This document shows, one piece after another, positions 11,496 through 23,232 of a DNA stretch of 64,000 nucleotides. A program made the position numbers and the translations under genes. The stretch comes from Trypanosoma brucei (taxonomy: Eukaryota), in the NCBI GenBank assembly GCA_000002445.1, contig CP000069.1, positions 256,001-320,000 on the forward strand, in the 5' to 3' direction. Below the pieces are notes generated by a model. It did not search any database and was not told the DNA's origin. It saw only the letters and a list, made by a program, of their open reading frames with translations. Position 1 is the stretch's first letter, and every line of letters begins with the position of its first letter.

Positions 11496-13700
11496 TTAGG
11501 CATTTTGGGGACTCACGGTGAGTTTTAGCATCTTCACTGTGGCCTTGGGAAGGGCAAAATCGCCTCCCTCAGCACGCTGCTGCAGTTTCCGGAGCTGTGG
11601 AATGGCCATTTCTCGCACGCTACAAAACTCGTCACAAGCTTCAAGCACTAGTTGTAACAAGTCCTCCACGTAGTCATCTCCTTCGCCATTCTGCCGTGTA
11701 TTCAACAACCCATCAAGCACACCTTTTACAAATGGTATCCAAAAACTTTCGGTGCAGCCCTCTACTTCGCTACACAACAAATTTAACCACATCGACTCAT
11801 ATGCTGGGAGCCTCATGAGGGTCATTACAGCACGAATTTCTCCCGCTCTCAACAAGGATAGTAGTGTTTCCTGCTCCACTCCACTGCTGCGGACGGTTGC
11901 CCGCGCGGAAAGCGAAGGAGAAGCTGCTGGAAGTGAACAGCAACTATCAGGGCGCAGCGAGTTATTAATTACACTTCCAGTCGACGCAGCCGGGGAGCCT
12001 GGAGGAGGGGCGGAGAGGAATGTTGGCTTTTGCATATAGCCAATAATCGCGGGTGTGGCGCGTGGCGTCGGCCGTAAAATAAGACGCTCCAGTTCTTCAG
12101 CGTACTTTTCATACACATCGGCAGCGGGCGGCGGAAGGCCACGACGCTCATTCGCGTCTTTAGGCAAACCAGTCACCGACACCAACTTACCCTTCGGGCT
12201 ATCGCGACCGTACACAACAGCTGTCAGCTGTCCACCGTAAACGCATCCTGTGTCAATGCCATATGCGAAGGGAAGTTCCTGCAACCCTGCACGGGCATCA
12301 TGACCGAAGACAACACACTCCGGTCCCGTCCATAACTCGCCCCAAGGCTGACCCCTGGAACCCTTTACAACTGCTCGTAACCTTTGCTTTTCGTTGCGCT
12401 GCTGTTTACCGCCACAATTGTTGTTATTATTATTACTACTCTCAGTGTACCGTTCTAACCGTCTTAGGTGCATAATTTCATGCACATTTTGTTTCTCGAG
12501 GGAGTTTTCAACGTTTAGACCGGCGTGTACAACGATAACATTATATTGCGGAATCCGCAAGATGTGTGGTAACGATCGAATATAGTCCTCACAACCCTGT
12601 GGGAACGTGCTTGCGAGTCGCATTACAGGATCCACTTCCTCTTGCTGAGAAAGGGCCTTACCTTTAACACGCGCAATGCAATTTAACAGTGTAAAATCAT
12701 GATTGCCCAATACGCCAATAGCCCCCTTTGCCTGCACAAGCTGCACGACGGCAAGGGAGTCGGGTCCCTTGTTCACCAGATCCCCCACGTGGATGAGGCA
12801 GTCTTTTCCCTGCTGAAACTCAACTTTCAACAACAGTTCTTCCAATTGCTCAGGGCAGCCGTGGACGTCACCCACAATAATGTAGCGATAATCACACGGG
12901 GGGACGGTGCGGATGATGGGTTTGTGAGCGTTGACATTATCAATTGGGTCAATAAGCTTAGGGTTTGAGGGATCACCGGAGACAAGCGTGGCAAGTCGAA
13001 CCGCATCGGGTCCCCCTTCACGATCAACCACAACCATCGGCTCCACTGGAAGAGTCGGCACGCAACGGGGAGGAGAAGTGACAGAAGAAACATTTGCTGA
13101 AGGGGCTGCACGCATCAACTGCTCTACAGTAACTGAAGGCTGCTCAGTAACCCCAACGGAGGCACTCGCTAACGCTAAAGCTACGGACCGCGGGACGGCG
13201 GAGATGTGAGACGTCTTTTCTCGCATTTCATCAGGCAGTTGGTGTGTTCTCGGCGAGGACCGGAGTTTTCGCGCCGCCTTACCAGCGCTTCCTTCCACAC
13301 CGCTACGGTGAGGTGCTTGAGTCTCAATTGGTTTGTCGTTACCGCTGTTGGTGCTACTGTTGTTACTGCTGTGCTTCATACTGCGACTATTGTTATTGTT
13401 ATTATTATTATTATTGTTGCTGCTGCTGTTGTTGTTGTTTCCACTACCGTCAGAGCCAATAATGAGGCCTCGCAACGGTCCTTCATTTTCTGCCGGTGAC
13501 CCTGTTGGTTGCCGCTTCTCCATGAGGGATGCAAAGGCTGAGGCCACGTTCGTGTTGTTGATGTTGGTGGTGGCGGTGGTGGTCACATTAGCAATAGTGC
13601 CGGGGGACATAACTCCTTGACGAAACGTCCTTCCACCCACCCGAGCGCCTTCACTCAACTTGAGCGAGCTTAACTTTTCCAGTAAAGTGCTTGAAGTCAT
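11496..13700 (-). CDS. ALPH1: ApaH-like PPP-family metallophosphatase with long N- and C-terminal extensions. Matches the trypanosome mRNA-decapping enzyme ALPH1 architecture.
   Basis: Catalytic core YIIVGDVHGC ... HVGDLVNKGPDS ... GNHD ... VVHAG, the hallmark metallophosphoesterase motifs of ApaH-like phosphatases. It is 734 aa, with a poly-Asn/Ser tract in the N-terminal extension and a long C-terminal domain. Identification as ALPH1 rests on established kinetoplastid literature and needs BLASTP confirmation. Confidence 0.8.
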   Translation of the reverse strand: MTSSTLLEKLSSLKLSEGARVGGRTFRQGVMSPGTIANVTTTATTNINNTNVASAFASLMEKRQPTGSPAENEGPLRGLIIGSDGSGNNNNSSSNNNNNNNNNNSRSMKHSSNNSSTNSGNDKPIETQAPHRSGVEGSAGKAARKLRSSPRTHQLPDEMREKTSHISAVPRSVALALASASVGVTEQPSVTVEQLMRAAPSANVSSVTSPPRCVPTLPVEPMVVVDREGGPDAVRLATLVSGDPSNPKLIDPIDNVNAHKPIIRTVPPCDYRYIIVGDVHGCPEQLEELLLKVEFQQGKDCLIHVGDLVNKGPDSLAVVQLVQAKGAIGVLGNHDFTLLNCIARVKGKALSQQEEVDPVMRLASTFPQGCEDYIRSLPHILRIPQYNVIVVHAGLNVENSLEKQNVHEIMHLRRLERYTESSNNNNNNCGGKQQRNEKQRLRAVVKGSRGQPWGELWTGPECVVFGHDARAGLQELPFAYGIDTGCVYGGQLTAVVYGRDSPKGKLVSVTGLPKDANERRGLPPPAADVYEKYAEELERLILRPTPRATPAIIGYMQKPTFLSAPPPGSPAASTGSVINNSLRPDSCCSLPAASPSLSARATVRSSGVEQETLLSLLRAGEIRAVMTLMRLPAYESMWLNLLCSEVEGCTESFWIPFVKGVLDGLLNTRQNGEGDDYVEDLLQLVLEACDEFCSVREMAIPQLRKLQQRAEGGDFALPKATVKMLKLTVSPQNA

Positions 13701-14352
13701 ATTTATTTACCCGCCCCCGGTTGCAACCCGATATGCAATTCCTGAATCTATTCAAATCGTTGCTATCCCCTTCTTTCCTTCTCCCTACACAAGCACTAAT
13801 GCACAACTCTTTTCTTTCCCTTTTCCCTCTTTTTTATTATATGTATACGTGTGTCGTAGTGGCTTTTACTTATTATTTCGTTTACCGGTTTTATGCTGAT
13901 GCTTTTATTATTACTTCTTTTCTTTTTGTTCGACCCGTTGCCACTCCCTTTCTTTAATTTTTTCCTTTCTCTTACGTTTTCTTTCGCTACCGATCAAACG
14001 CCCCTCCAAAGAGACTTCCCCGTTCCTTTTCTTCTTTTTTTTTTCTTAAATATCTTTGCTACTCTTCTTCCCTTCCACAGCTCTATAGAAGTAAATAGCA
14101 ATAATAATAGTAATACTAATAGCGATTATGATAAACTACCACCACTCCTCTATCCTTTTCCCCTTCTTTCTTTCTTTCTTTCGTCGTCTTCTTTTTTTGC
14201 CACTGCCACTACTGTTGCTGTGACCTTCGCAATAATCAAATCAGGAGAGCAGTGAATTCCTTCTCTCTCTCTCTTTTTTTTCTTTTTTCCTCCCCCCTTT
14301 ATCCTTCACTTGCCTTGGTACAAAGCTCTACCTTATACGAGTACGTGTATGT

Positions 14353-14396
14353 ATATAAATATATATAAATATATATAAATATATAAATATATAAAT
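14353..14396. repeat. Tandem repeat of an 8 to 10 nt AT-rich unit (ATATATAAAT)n.
   Basis: tatataaatatatataaatatatataaatatataaatatataaat. Confidence 0.85.
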
Positions 14397-16857
14397 GATA
14401 TAGCTGAAGTAACCGTTATTTGAACTGTTCTCAAAGCCGCTGTTGCCTCGAGGTCAAATGGCGCCTAATCTCTTTTTTTTTTTCCTCCTTGTTTCTCCCC
14501 TTCTTCTATGCACTTTTCACCACTGCACTGAACTGAAACTTCTTTACACCTTCAGTTGCTCTCTTCCCTTTTTTTTTTCCTTCTTCTTCTTTTTTCTTTT
14601 ACTCGCCCTCCTCACTTTTGTTAATGTTGCCGTATTGTTCCACCAAAAAGTCAGCAGAAGACGAACAAACAAAAACAAAAATTACAAAAAAAAAATAAGC
14701 AGAAAAAAAAAGGGGTGTGAGTTGAATTAAATCACCCGGTCTAACAGGCGATAGAGTGATGATGGTGATGACTCTCCTTTTCTTCTTCTTCCTTTTTTTT
14801 TATTTTTACTTTTTCTTGTAACGCCTTATATCAATCAGCTTCAGTATGAAAGAAGCGTAAGTTTGATTGATCAAAGGAAGCAAAACGGAAACAAACGGAC
14901 CAAACAAAGAAAAAAAAACAAAAAAGCAAAGGAAGTGGCGAAACAAACCAGAAAACAAAGGAAGAAGAGAAGATGTAAGTGCTAAAGCGAGATTTTTTTC
15001 TTTTCTTTTCCAAAACTTCCCTGAAGATTGTTTTTTTTTTTAAAAAAATATATAAACCAATATATAAATATGTTTATATATTTCACTTGAATTCGTCAAA
15101 CAACAACAACAACAAAAACAACGAAGAATATACACAAATATACACAACTCCTTCTCTTGATTTTGGATCAAAGCTGCAATCCCTTTTCTTCCTTTTCTCC
15201 TCTACTATTTAATTTACTGCACGTGTTGCTTCCGTTCTACTTGTCAAATGAAAAATAAAAAAAAAAAGGAAAAGAAGAAAAACGAAAGAGAAAAAAAAAA
15301 TAATAGAAGCCGATCCCCAGGAGCAGTCGATCTTTTTTTTTTCTTTTTTTTCCTTTTCTTTTTCCTTTTCCTTTTTTTAAAATTTTCCTTCTAACTCCAC
15401 GTCAAACCACCAAATCCAATAGTAAACGGCCGCACACACAAGTACAGAAATCAGTTGACTAACTTTTTTTTGTTTTTTCTTTTGTTTTTTTTGTTTTCGC
15501 CTCCGTACGAACTTTTTAGTTGACTTTCTTTCCACTTTTTTTTTTAAAAAAAAGTTCTTCTTCTTCCTCCTCCTTCCTTCTCCTCCTCTTTTTTTTTGTT
15601 ATTCGTTGATATTTCCTAAACGACTTCTTGCGCTTCCACTCCACTCCACTCACTTAATTAATTACTTTTTTATTTTATTTTATTTTTCTTCTTTACTTCC
15701 CGTGTTTGAAAAGTGAAGAAGCAAATAAGTAAATAAATAAATAAATGAATGAGTGAATAAATAAACAAAGAAATGGCACACAAGAAATGCAGATGGAAGG
15801 TGTAAATAACTAAGATAAAATAAAGTAGTCGAGAGAAAGGACAAGAAAAAAAAAAAGAAAAAAAGAAAAAAAACAGAAAAAGTCAGTCAGTCAGTCAACA
15901 ATAACAACTGACAACAACAACGCTACCGCCAAATGAGTTTCCCTGAGGGATTACGGAGTCGTTGTGAAACAAAAACAAAACAAAACAACAACAAAAAAGT
16001 GATCGATTTTGAATGAAGAAGAGCAGAACTTCAACCGCCTTTTCCTCTTCTTCTTTTTCTTCTTTCTTTCTTCCTTCCTTCACTTTCTTTATATATATAT
16101 ATATATAAATGGTATAAAAATCAGTATATCCCTTTTATTATTTTTCTTTTTCCTTTTTTTTTTTTTAAAAAAAAGACCTCTTGTGCTAGAACTTGTTTTT
16201 TTTTTTCGGTGTCACACGTAAAACCGCTCCTTTTTTCTTTTCTTTTTTTCCTTTTCTCCACCCCCTTTTTTGGCAAGTGAAGACAGAAAAGAAATATATA
16301 TATATATATATATATATGAAAAAAAGAGCGGTTAGCGACTAACAACGAAAGCAACAACAACAAGAAGAAAGGAAAAAAGAAAAGAAAATAAAGAGAGAAA
16401 GTGAAAATAAACGAAAAAAAAACTTTAAAAAGTTTTGTGTTGCGTGTGAACTCTTTTTTTTTTTCCTTGTTTGTTTGTGTGTGTGTGATGCGCTATGATA
16501 AAAGTAATGATGGAAAGCAAGAGAAGAAAGGAAAGAACCAATACGAATAGGAATAAGAATGAGAATGACATGAAGTAAATTGAAGTGAACAGAAGAAATA
16601 TAAAGTGAAGAGACAACATTTAAATGACAGTCATTTGCTCGTGACTCACTCATTTTAACGTAACGCCGGAAAGCGATCGGTACTCAAATGAATTAAATAA
16701 ATTAAAAAAAAATTTCTGAGCGCTGCCGGTTAATATTTTTAAGTTCTCGTCGGTACCGCCATATGCTCCGCGCGAGGTGGGAGAGAAAAAAAAAGAGAGA
16801 GAGAGAGAGAGACGGGAGTTAAAAATTCAAAAAAAAACAACAGCGGTGGAGTGGGAA

Positions 16858-16887
16858 TATGATGATGATGATGATGATGATGATGAT
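16858..16887. repeat. Pure trinucleotide microsatellite, (ATG/GAT) about 10 repeats.
   Basis: atgatgatgatgatgatgatgatgatgat read directly. Intergenic. Confidence 0.95.
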
Positions 16888-17655
16888 AGTGAAAACCACA
16901 TCAACAGTAACAGCACTTCACCCCACCCCACTTCACTTCACACACATATATATTTAACTGATGGTGGTGACATGTTGTTTTGCAAGCAAAATAAAATAAA
17001 AAAAAAGAAGAGGAGGAGAAGCGTAACTTCACAACTCGTTACCTCTTGTGGGGCCCTCTCCCGTCCCCCCCCCGCTCACCGCACGAGCGCCCGCCGCAGC
17101 GCTTTGCGGATACAAAAAAGGTGCAAGAACCAGATAAACAGCAACACCAACAAAAAAGAACAAGAACAAGAACAACAACAACAACAACAGCAATAATAAT
17201 AATAATAGTAAGCAGACAAATAAACAAAACAAAAAAAAGGTGACAAAGTCATTGGTATTTTCATGCCGCCACCAGCACCGACTACTTTTCCTGCTCGTCA
17301 CTTATCCCTCACGGTTGCACGCCAGATATTGGTGGATATTGCAGGCATCGCAATTCCAAACCCCGTCACTCCCCAGTTCTTCATGGCGGTATTGTTATTA
17401 TTATTGTTATTATTATTATTCCTTTTTCCCTCCTCACTTGTGGGTGATTTGTGATTTTGTTCCCTCCTTTGCTGCAGATTTCGCTCCCAAAGAACGTTCT
17501 TAAAATCGCACCACACACACCTTTTTTTTTTTTGGGGGCTTCCCATTATATTTTCATCAGCTGCTGCCGGCATACCCACTATTTTCCAACCTTCGCCATT
17601 CCAGTCCACCATATAAACCAACAAAACACATGTATACAAATAAGCACGTGCAGAG

Positions 17656-20600
17656 CTACCACAAGTAAAGCAACTCCGCAACCGCCATGTCTTTCAACTC
17701 TCCGCCATATTCCGCCCACACGTGTTCCAGCCGCTCATCCAACAGCGAAGCTTTGCGCTCCACCAGTAAACGTTCCTCAGATGTTAGTGCCGCATCGGGT
17801 ATTTCTACTAATCGTCGAAGCAACACGAGTTCCCCCACCGCATCTACAGATACAAAACTTTGTTTCATTAGCACTCGGGTTGGACTCTGGAGGGCAGTTT
17901 CTGCTTCGTAACTCACTGTGTGATATGTACGCTGCAGTCCACATGAAGGACTTTCACCAAGCGCCACATGGGATCCGCGGCGCGAGAGAGAAAATGTTGT
18001 GTCATATAGCTCCGTCGCTCTCTGTTCCAGCCGAAGCAAAACCCCAACAAACGCTTGTGGAATTTCCCTCGCACAGTGCAGTGCTCCATCAGCACAAGGC
18101 AGCAGTAGAGAAGGTCCCACTACTCTCAAGGCAGTGGGCCGCCCGTGCCAACATACAAAAGGTACTTGACGGTAGCGCCATGGTGTTAATTCGGATGGAC
18201 GGAAACTTCCCCTAGAGCCGCCATTGTCATGAATGATGTTGTTGTTGTTGTTGTTTTTGCCATTGGGATGCAAGTGATGGCGAGATCGCTCTCGCTGAAC
18301 AGATACGCGCTGGATGCAGGATGGAAGTCGCATGCACCGCGTGATAGAGCTTCGAAGGCCGCCATCTGCGCCAACAATACCCGCTGCAACGGCCGTGCTG
18401 TTCTGGCCATTAACCTTTGGGTTCTTTAAGCTGAATATGACAACATTGCGATTGCCATCCACACGAACAAACCCGTCAGCAAAAGTAGTTTGCGAGTGAA
18501 TGTTGGCAAAAGGCGTGGGCTCCAAAGCACAATGCCGTAGTGAGAGATCATCCTGAAGGCACTGAGTCAAAATAACATCCCCTAATGCAGCAACCGGCTC
18601 CGGGCAGTGAGTGCTATTGGGGCTCTTATCTGAATTACTTTTACTGCTTTTCGACACAAGTCGCATGTACCGCGTTCCCCAAGAGTAAAGGCTACAAGAA
18701 AGGAAGGGATACTGTAGGGCCACGGTCGTGCAGGCAGGTGTGCACGATGTGGAGCACATCAACGATAGCGTGGACCCAACAAGGCGGAATATCAGCACCA
18801 TGTCGAGCGCTGCCACAGCAATGAGATGCACATCCCCTAAACTCTGAACCGACAGATCAACTACTCCTCCATTGCCCTTCAACTGGGGGCCGACAATATC
18901 GCCTGCTGTCGAGATGCGCAGCGGACGCGCCTGAACGACGATCAGCCGACCGAGCACCGTGTTGGCCCCACGGCCAGCAGTGGCCGCCTCCTTGTCCACA
19001 GCGTTGGGGGCATCAGAGGATAAAATAACCGTGCCTACAATAAAATCACCACTCACTTCTCCTCCTCCTAATGACATTAAAGGCTCCATACACATAGCAA
19101 CTTCATCCTGTTTCATGGCCATCGCATCCACCACGCGGAACGTATCGACGTCGACTGTTGAAATAAACGAGGCCTGTTCACCCCGATCTAGCATAGCAAC
19201 GATAATATTGCACTGATGCAAGTAAACTGCTTTGGTAAGGCTGTGTGAAGGAGACGTTACTGATGGAAGCCGCATGGAGTGTGTAAGTTGGTACACCACA
19301 GGCCCGCGCAGTAGAACCCCACGGCGGCGAAGATCACAAGGGGGGTCGCTGATGGGCGACGCGGCCTTTCCACTTGTAGCAACTCCCAGCGCTAACGCCA
19401 AATGCGACGGTTGGGGAGGAGGGACCAATTCGGTGATGGATCGAAGTGATATGCCGTCGAAGTCAGCGAGAAGAAGTAAATAAAAGGAGTGAGCGGGGAG
19501 GTATACCACGAGTCCACAGTGCAACTGAGGTAAGAGCATACCGCCATCTGTATTAGCGCTATTGTCACCCGGATGAGGCGCGAGGGCAACAGCCAACTGC
19601 TCTCCACTGGACGACATGCCGTCCAGGGACACGAGCTCAACAGAGCCAGCACGCAAGCTTGCAAAATCAAAGTGAGGACCGCCAGCCGCAGCTGCGCCAT
19701 GTGTTGCAATGCTAAGACAGAGATCCGCAACGAATGGCGCACCATCAACGTCCTTCAGTGCAGTCAGAGACGGGGGTCCCTCCATGGAACACTGAAGCAC
19801 GACAACCCCCTGGTCCAGCAGCACCAGTCCCATTCCTACCTCATGTACCCCACCATCGCAGCTCTCCGCGGTGCGTTTTGTAATGAGGAAGCTGGATAAA
19901 GCAACAGCGTCAAGGTGAAAAATATGGTAACGATTCCTTAACTCTCCCCTCACGCCACAATCTAGCATCCAAACCCAAACCTCATGTGACCAGAGACAGG
20001 CTGCCACGCACCAAAGCGTGCTATTGCAGCAACCGCTGTTAGATTCGCTCGCTTTCCACGTCGTCACATGTGACACATCGCTGGGGAGGGTCTCAAGCAG
20101 AACCACGTATGTATCGTTGACGTTAGCAATACTAAAAACGGCAAACTTCCGGCCGTATGCAACAGCGAGCCATTTATCATCCCCAAAGCACGCGTGAGAG
20201 GCACTAGTGAATTCGGGTAAAACATTTGGAAGTCGGATCCACTTCCCTGAAAAGTTAATACGAGTTGGAGTGCATTGCGCAAAAAAATGTGACGACGGCG
20301 ATGACAACTCCTGTGCGTCAGGAACACAGTACACAGCCAAAGTTGGTTCGTCGAGTATCAGGTGCTGTACATCGTTCACTTTCTCCAACTGACTCCCGCT
20401 TCCGCGCAGAAGGACAGTGTTGATGGCTGTAGTAATTACAACATAGAATTCCAGCAGAGTGTGCTCCGGTTCCTTGTCCTGAAGCCGATTTCCAACAGCG
20501 GTCGAAAGTAAGAACATTCGCTGAGACCCCGCAAAGGTGGCGCGGACACGCAGAACCGCTCCGATCCCTGGCGACAGACGCTGTAGCACTCCCTTTGCAT

Positions 20601-22161
20601 ATGAAACGATGATGTCAGCTGAAGGCCCGCCACATGCAGACGTCATGGCACCGTTTGAAAGCAGTGCACCCACTGTGCAACGGGTTTCAAGGTCGATAAC
20701 GTATGAGTCAGCCACTCCGTCACTCAACATGATGTAACGCCGCGTGGTGTTGTGAGGTTCGAAGGTGACTGTCGACTCGTGCGGAAGTGGCACCGCGGCG
20801 GACGGACGGAACCCACTGGGGAGACCACTAATGTGAGCGAGTGGCCAATCACATCCTTCGCAATCCCCCACGAGAAGATGGGGCGCATCCTGAACCACCA
20901 CAGGTCCAGTGGCCCGCGCTACTGATCCCAACGGGAACTCTGTCAGATTACCATTACTCAAAAGAAGCCACAACACATCGCTGTCGGTGTTGCTTACTTC
21001 ACTTTCCCCTGTTCCGTCTACACTCTCTAATACCTGAAATGGCTGCCGCCGTTGGTGCACCACACCCGCGATGGGTTGCACAGCACTCTGGGCAAGTCTC
21101 ACTACCTTACAGATTTTCATCACTGGACCCTTGTCAACGCTGAAAACTGTAAGTTTGTGCGTGTTTCCGAGTCTAGCCAGCACCAACAATGTTTTGTGAA
21201 GCGACAACACTAGGTAGGGCGAACAGCTTGGCATGGGATATTTATCATCGAAGATTTGGTCGAATTTGGGTCTATTAACCATACACAGGTCTAGGCAATC
21301 GCTGTCCACTGACGCAAACGCAAAACTGTCCCTCTTTTCAACGCACTCCGACTTCACAGTTGTCGGTGACGCAACGGATAGAAGGGCAACCGAAACATCG
21401 TTACTATTACACACATGACTAATGGCCGAAACGCTAACAGGAGGCATCCCACAGCGAATGCAAGGTTCCGGCCGCTCCTGCTTTTGCTTCTGCTCCACCA
21501 ACTCCTGAATGGTGTAGCGTTCCAAAAGCTCTTCATCCGATTGTTCCAACACATCACGCTTGAAGGCAGCCGTGGGGAACGTCTGCTGCGCCACGCTACC
21601 TGGGACGTCAAAAACCCATTTCGTTTGCGCCAGCTTCTCAGCTCCCTGCGAAGTGGAGGGAAAGTTGATGCTGACACAATACCGACCTCCACCCGTGGCC
21701 GCACACTGAACCACGAGCCCATCGCTACTACACGCCAGTTGCGGGGTGTGAACTGGCTGCGAGCAACGACCAGAAAAGTCTGTGGAAAGTGAAGTACGGT
21801 GCAGCACTATCCACGCATTGTTGTGATGCAGGGGATCTTTCGCAACCCAAGACAGGGGGTCGACGGGTAGGTTTGTTTGATAACGTGCAACCACGAGTCT
21901 GTGGTCTTGCGTGACGACAGCAAAGCACTGATGGGCGCAGGCCACCATAGAGATGGGTGTGTTGCCTAAATGCATCTCATCCCCCGTAGCGGAGAAGTAA
22001 CATCTCTCTATATCATCGTCGCTATCTGCCCGCCACACCGGTTTGTAGACGTGAATGGAGGTCCCAACAGCTGCGAGGAGCACAACGCCGCCGCCAATAA
22101 GCGAAAGGGGGCACACAATGTGCGCCACAGTGGAGGGAACTATCTGACGTGTGGCCAACAT
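17656..22161 (-). CDS. Large hypothetical protein, 1501 aa. N-terminal hydrophobic segment (signal anchor, IVCPLSLIGGGVVLLAAVGTSIHVY), then a long mainly beta-rich region. No recognisable catalytic motif.
   Basis: Complete 4.5 kb ORF in the track. Antisense ORFs within it are short. It contains a poly-Asn run (NGKNNNNNNIIHDNGG). Confidence 0.75.
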   Translation of the reverse strand: MLATRQIVPSTVAHIVCPLSLIGGGVVLLAAVGTSIHVYKPVWRADSDDDIERCYFSATGDEMHLGNTPISMVACAHQCFAVVTQDHRLVVARYQTNLPVDPLSWVAKDPLHHNNAWIVLHRTSLSTDFSGRCSQPVHTPQLACSSDGLVVQCAATGGGRYCVSINFPSTSQGAEKLAQTKWVFDVPGSVAQQTFPTAAFKRDVLEQSDEELLERYTIQELVEQKQKQERPEPCIRCGMPPVSVSAISHVCNSNDVSVALLSVASPTTVKSECVEKRDSFAFASVDSDCLDLCMVNRPKFDQIFDDKYPMPSCSPYLVLSLHKTLLVLARLGNTHKLTVFSVDKGPVMKICKVVRLAQSAVQPIAGVVHQRRQPFQVLESVDGTGESEVSNTDSDVLWLLLSNGNLTEFPLGSVARATGPVVVQDAPHLLVGDCEGCDWPLAHISGLPSGFRPSAAVPLPHESTVTFEPHNTTRRYIMLSDGVADSYVIDLETRCTVGALLSNGAMTSACGGPSADIIVSYAKGVLQRLSPGIGAVLRVRATFAGSQRMFLLSTAVGNRLQDKEPEHTLLEFYVVITTAINTVLLRGSGSQLEKVNDVQHLILDEPTLAVYCVPDAQELSSPSSHFFAQCTPTRINFSGKWIRLPNVLPEFTSASHACFGDDKWLAVAYGRKFAVFSIANVNDTYVVLLETLPSDVSHVTTWKASESNSGCCNSTLWCVAACLWSHEVWVWMLDCGVRGELRNRYHIFHLDAVALSSFLITKRTAESCDGGVHEVGMGLVLLDQGVVVLQCSMEGPPSLTALKDVDGAPFVADLCLSIATHGAAAAGGPHFDFASLRAGSVELVSLDGMSSSGEQLAVALAPHPGDNSANTDGGMLLPQLHCGLVVYLPAHSFYLLLLADFDGISLRSITELVPPPQPSHLALALGVATSGKAASPISDPPCDLRRRGVLLRGPVVYQLTHSMRLPSVTSPSHSLTKAVYLHQCNIIVAMLDRGEQASFISTVDVDTFRVVDAMAMKQDEVAMCMEPLMSLGGGEVSGDFIVGTVILSSDAPNAVDKEAATAGRGANTVLGRLIVVQARPLRISTAGDIVGPQLKGNGGVVDLSVQSLGDVHLIAVAALDMVLIFRLVGSTLSLMCSTSCTPACTTVALQYPFLSCSLYSWGTRYMRLVSKSSKSNSDKSPNSTHCPEPVAALGDVILTQCLQDDLSLRHCALEPTPFANIHSQTTFADGFVRVDGNRNVVIFSLKNPKVNGQNSTAVAAGIVGADGGLRSSITRCMRLPSCIQRVSVQRERSRHHLHPNGKNNNNNNIIHDNGGSRGSFRPSELTPWRYRQVPFVCWHGRPTALRVVGPSLLLPCADGALHCAREIPQAFVGVLLRLEQRATELYDTTFSLSRRGSHVALGESPSCGLQRTYHTVSYEAETALQSPTRVLMKQSFVSVDAVGELVLLRRLVEIPDAALTSEERLLVERKASLLDERLEHVWAEYGGELKDMAVAELLYLW

Positions 22162-23232
22162 CTCTACCCACTCACTTGGGGATGAGGAGGGCCGCCCCTA
22201 TACAATCACGCACTAACAAGACACCAAACACACACACACACACACAGAAGGTACAAACCAAAGAAAAGAAAGAAAAGGGGAAAACAAGGGTGGTGTGGTG
22301 GCTACTGACTACCTTCCCTCTTCACACTTCTTCCTGTGTGTGTGGGCGTGTATGCCCTTTATTGCCTCAGGGGCTTATTGTTCTACTGGTGTTGCTAGTT
22401 AGAGGCAATAATATGTAAGAGAGAGAGAGATGAATATATGCATGCACTGACATGTAAAACAAACGCGTGGTCATACGGGAATATATGTATATATACGTGC
22501 CTGGTCACACCCCCGACTGACACCTGCTCGTATGCGGGTACGGTTGTGCTCGAGTTGTTGGAATTGCAGTTTGAGATATACGCTTGAAGAACAAAAAAAA
22601 ATCAGTGAAAAAAAGGGGGTGTGGGGTGTGAGAGATCATAAGGGGGGAGGTATTGGAGCTGCAAGTTATTCCTATACTCACTGGAGATTGGCATACACCA
22701 GGTAATAATTTTTTTTTTTAAAAAAGCAGTTTATGGGTTAGGAACCGCGTTTGTTTTGCATCAAAAATGAGAAAAAAAATGAAGGATGGATGAATCTGGA
22801 AACAGTGAATCGTTTGCTCCCAATACTCAAGTGTTGATCCCTTAAACACGCTCCTACTGTACTACTACTACTTCCGCTCGCGCACGTTGCATGTATTTAC
22901 CAAGTTTGGCTCTCTTCCTCATTCACCTAACGTGGAAAATATTTTCTACAGTTATGATAACATTACAACATCAGCAGGAAAAGATAGGCAATCCAAATTG
23001 TCTCAGCGGCAGTGTAGACCGCTCGCACAATCCTTCGCCAGCCTCTCCGCTACCCCTTCCCTTTTCAGCAAGAATTCCGCTTTCCCCTAACTTTACCGCT
23101 GCCGTGTACGTCACTTGATTCACTCCCTTTTTCCCCCTTTTAAGGACCTTAACTTTCTCAACGAGCAGAAAGAGAACTAATGTGCAAAAATATATAATAA
23201 AAAAAAAAGTGTCACGACTCCACCTCAAGCAG

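Noticed and set aside
16777-17196. ORF encoding poly-Asp (DDDDDDDDD) and poly-Gln
   Set aside because: Product of the (GAT)n and (CAA/CAG)n microsatellites in an intergenic spacer. It has no flanking complexity.
17451-18215. Plus-strand ORF, 254 aa
   Set aside because: Antisense to the 3' end of the 1501-aa gene. It has no motifs.
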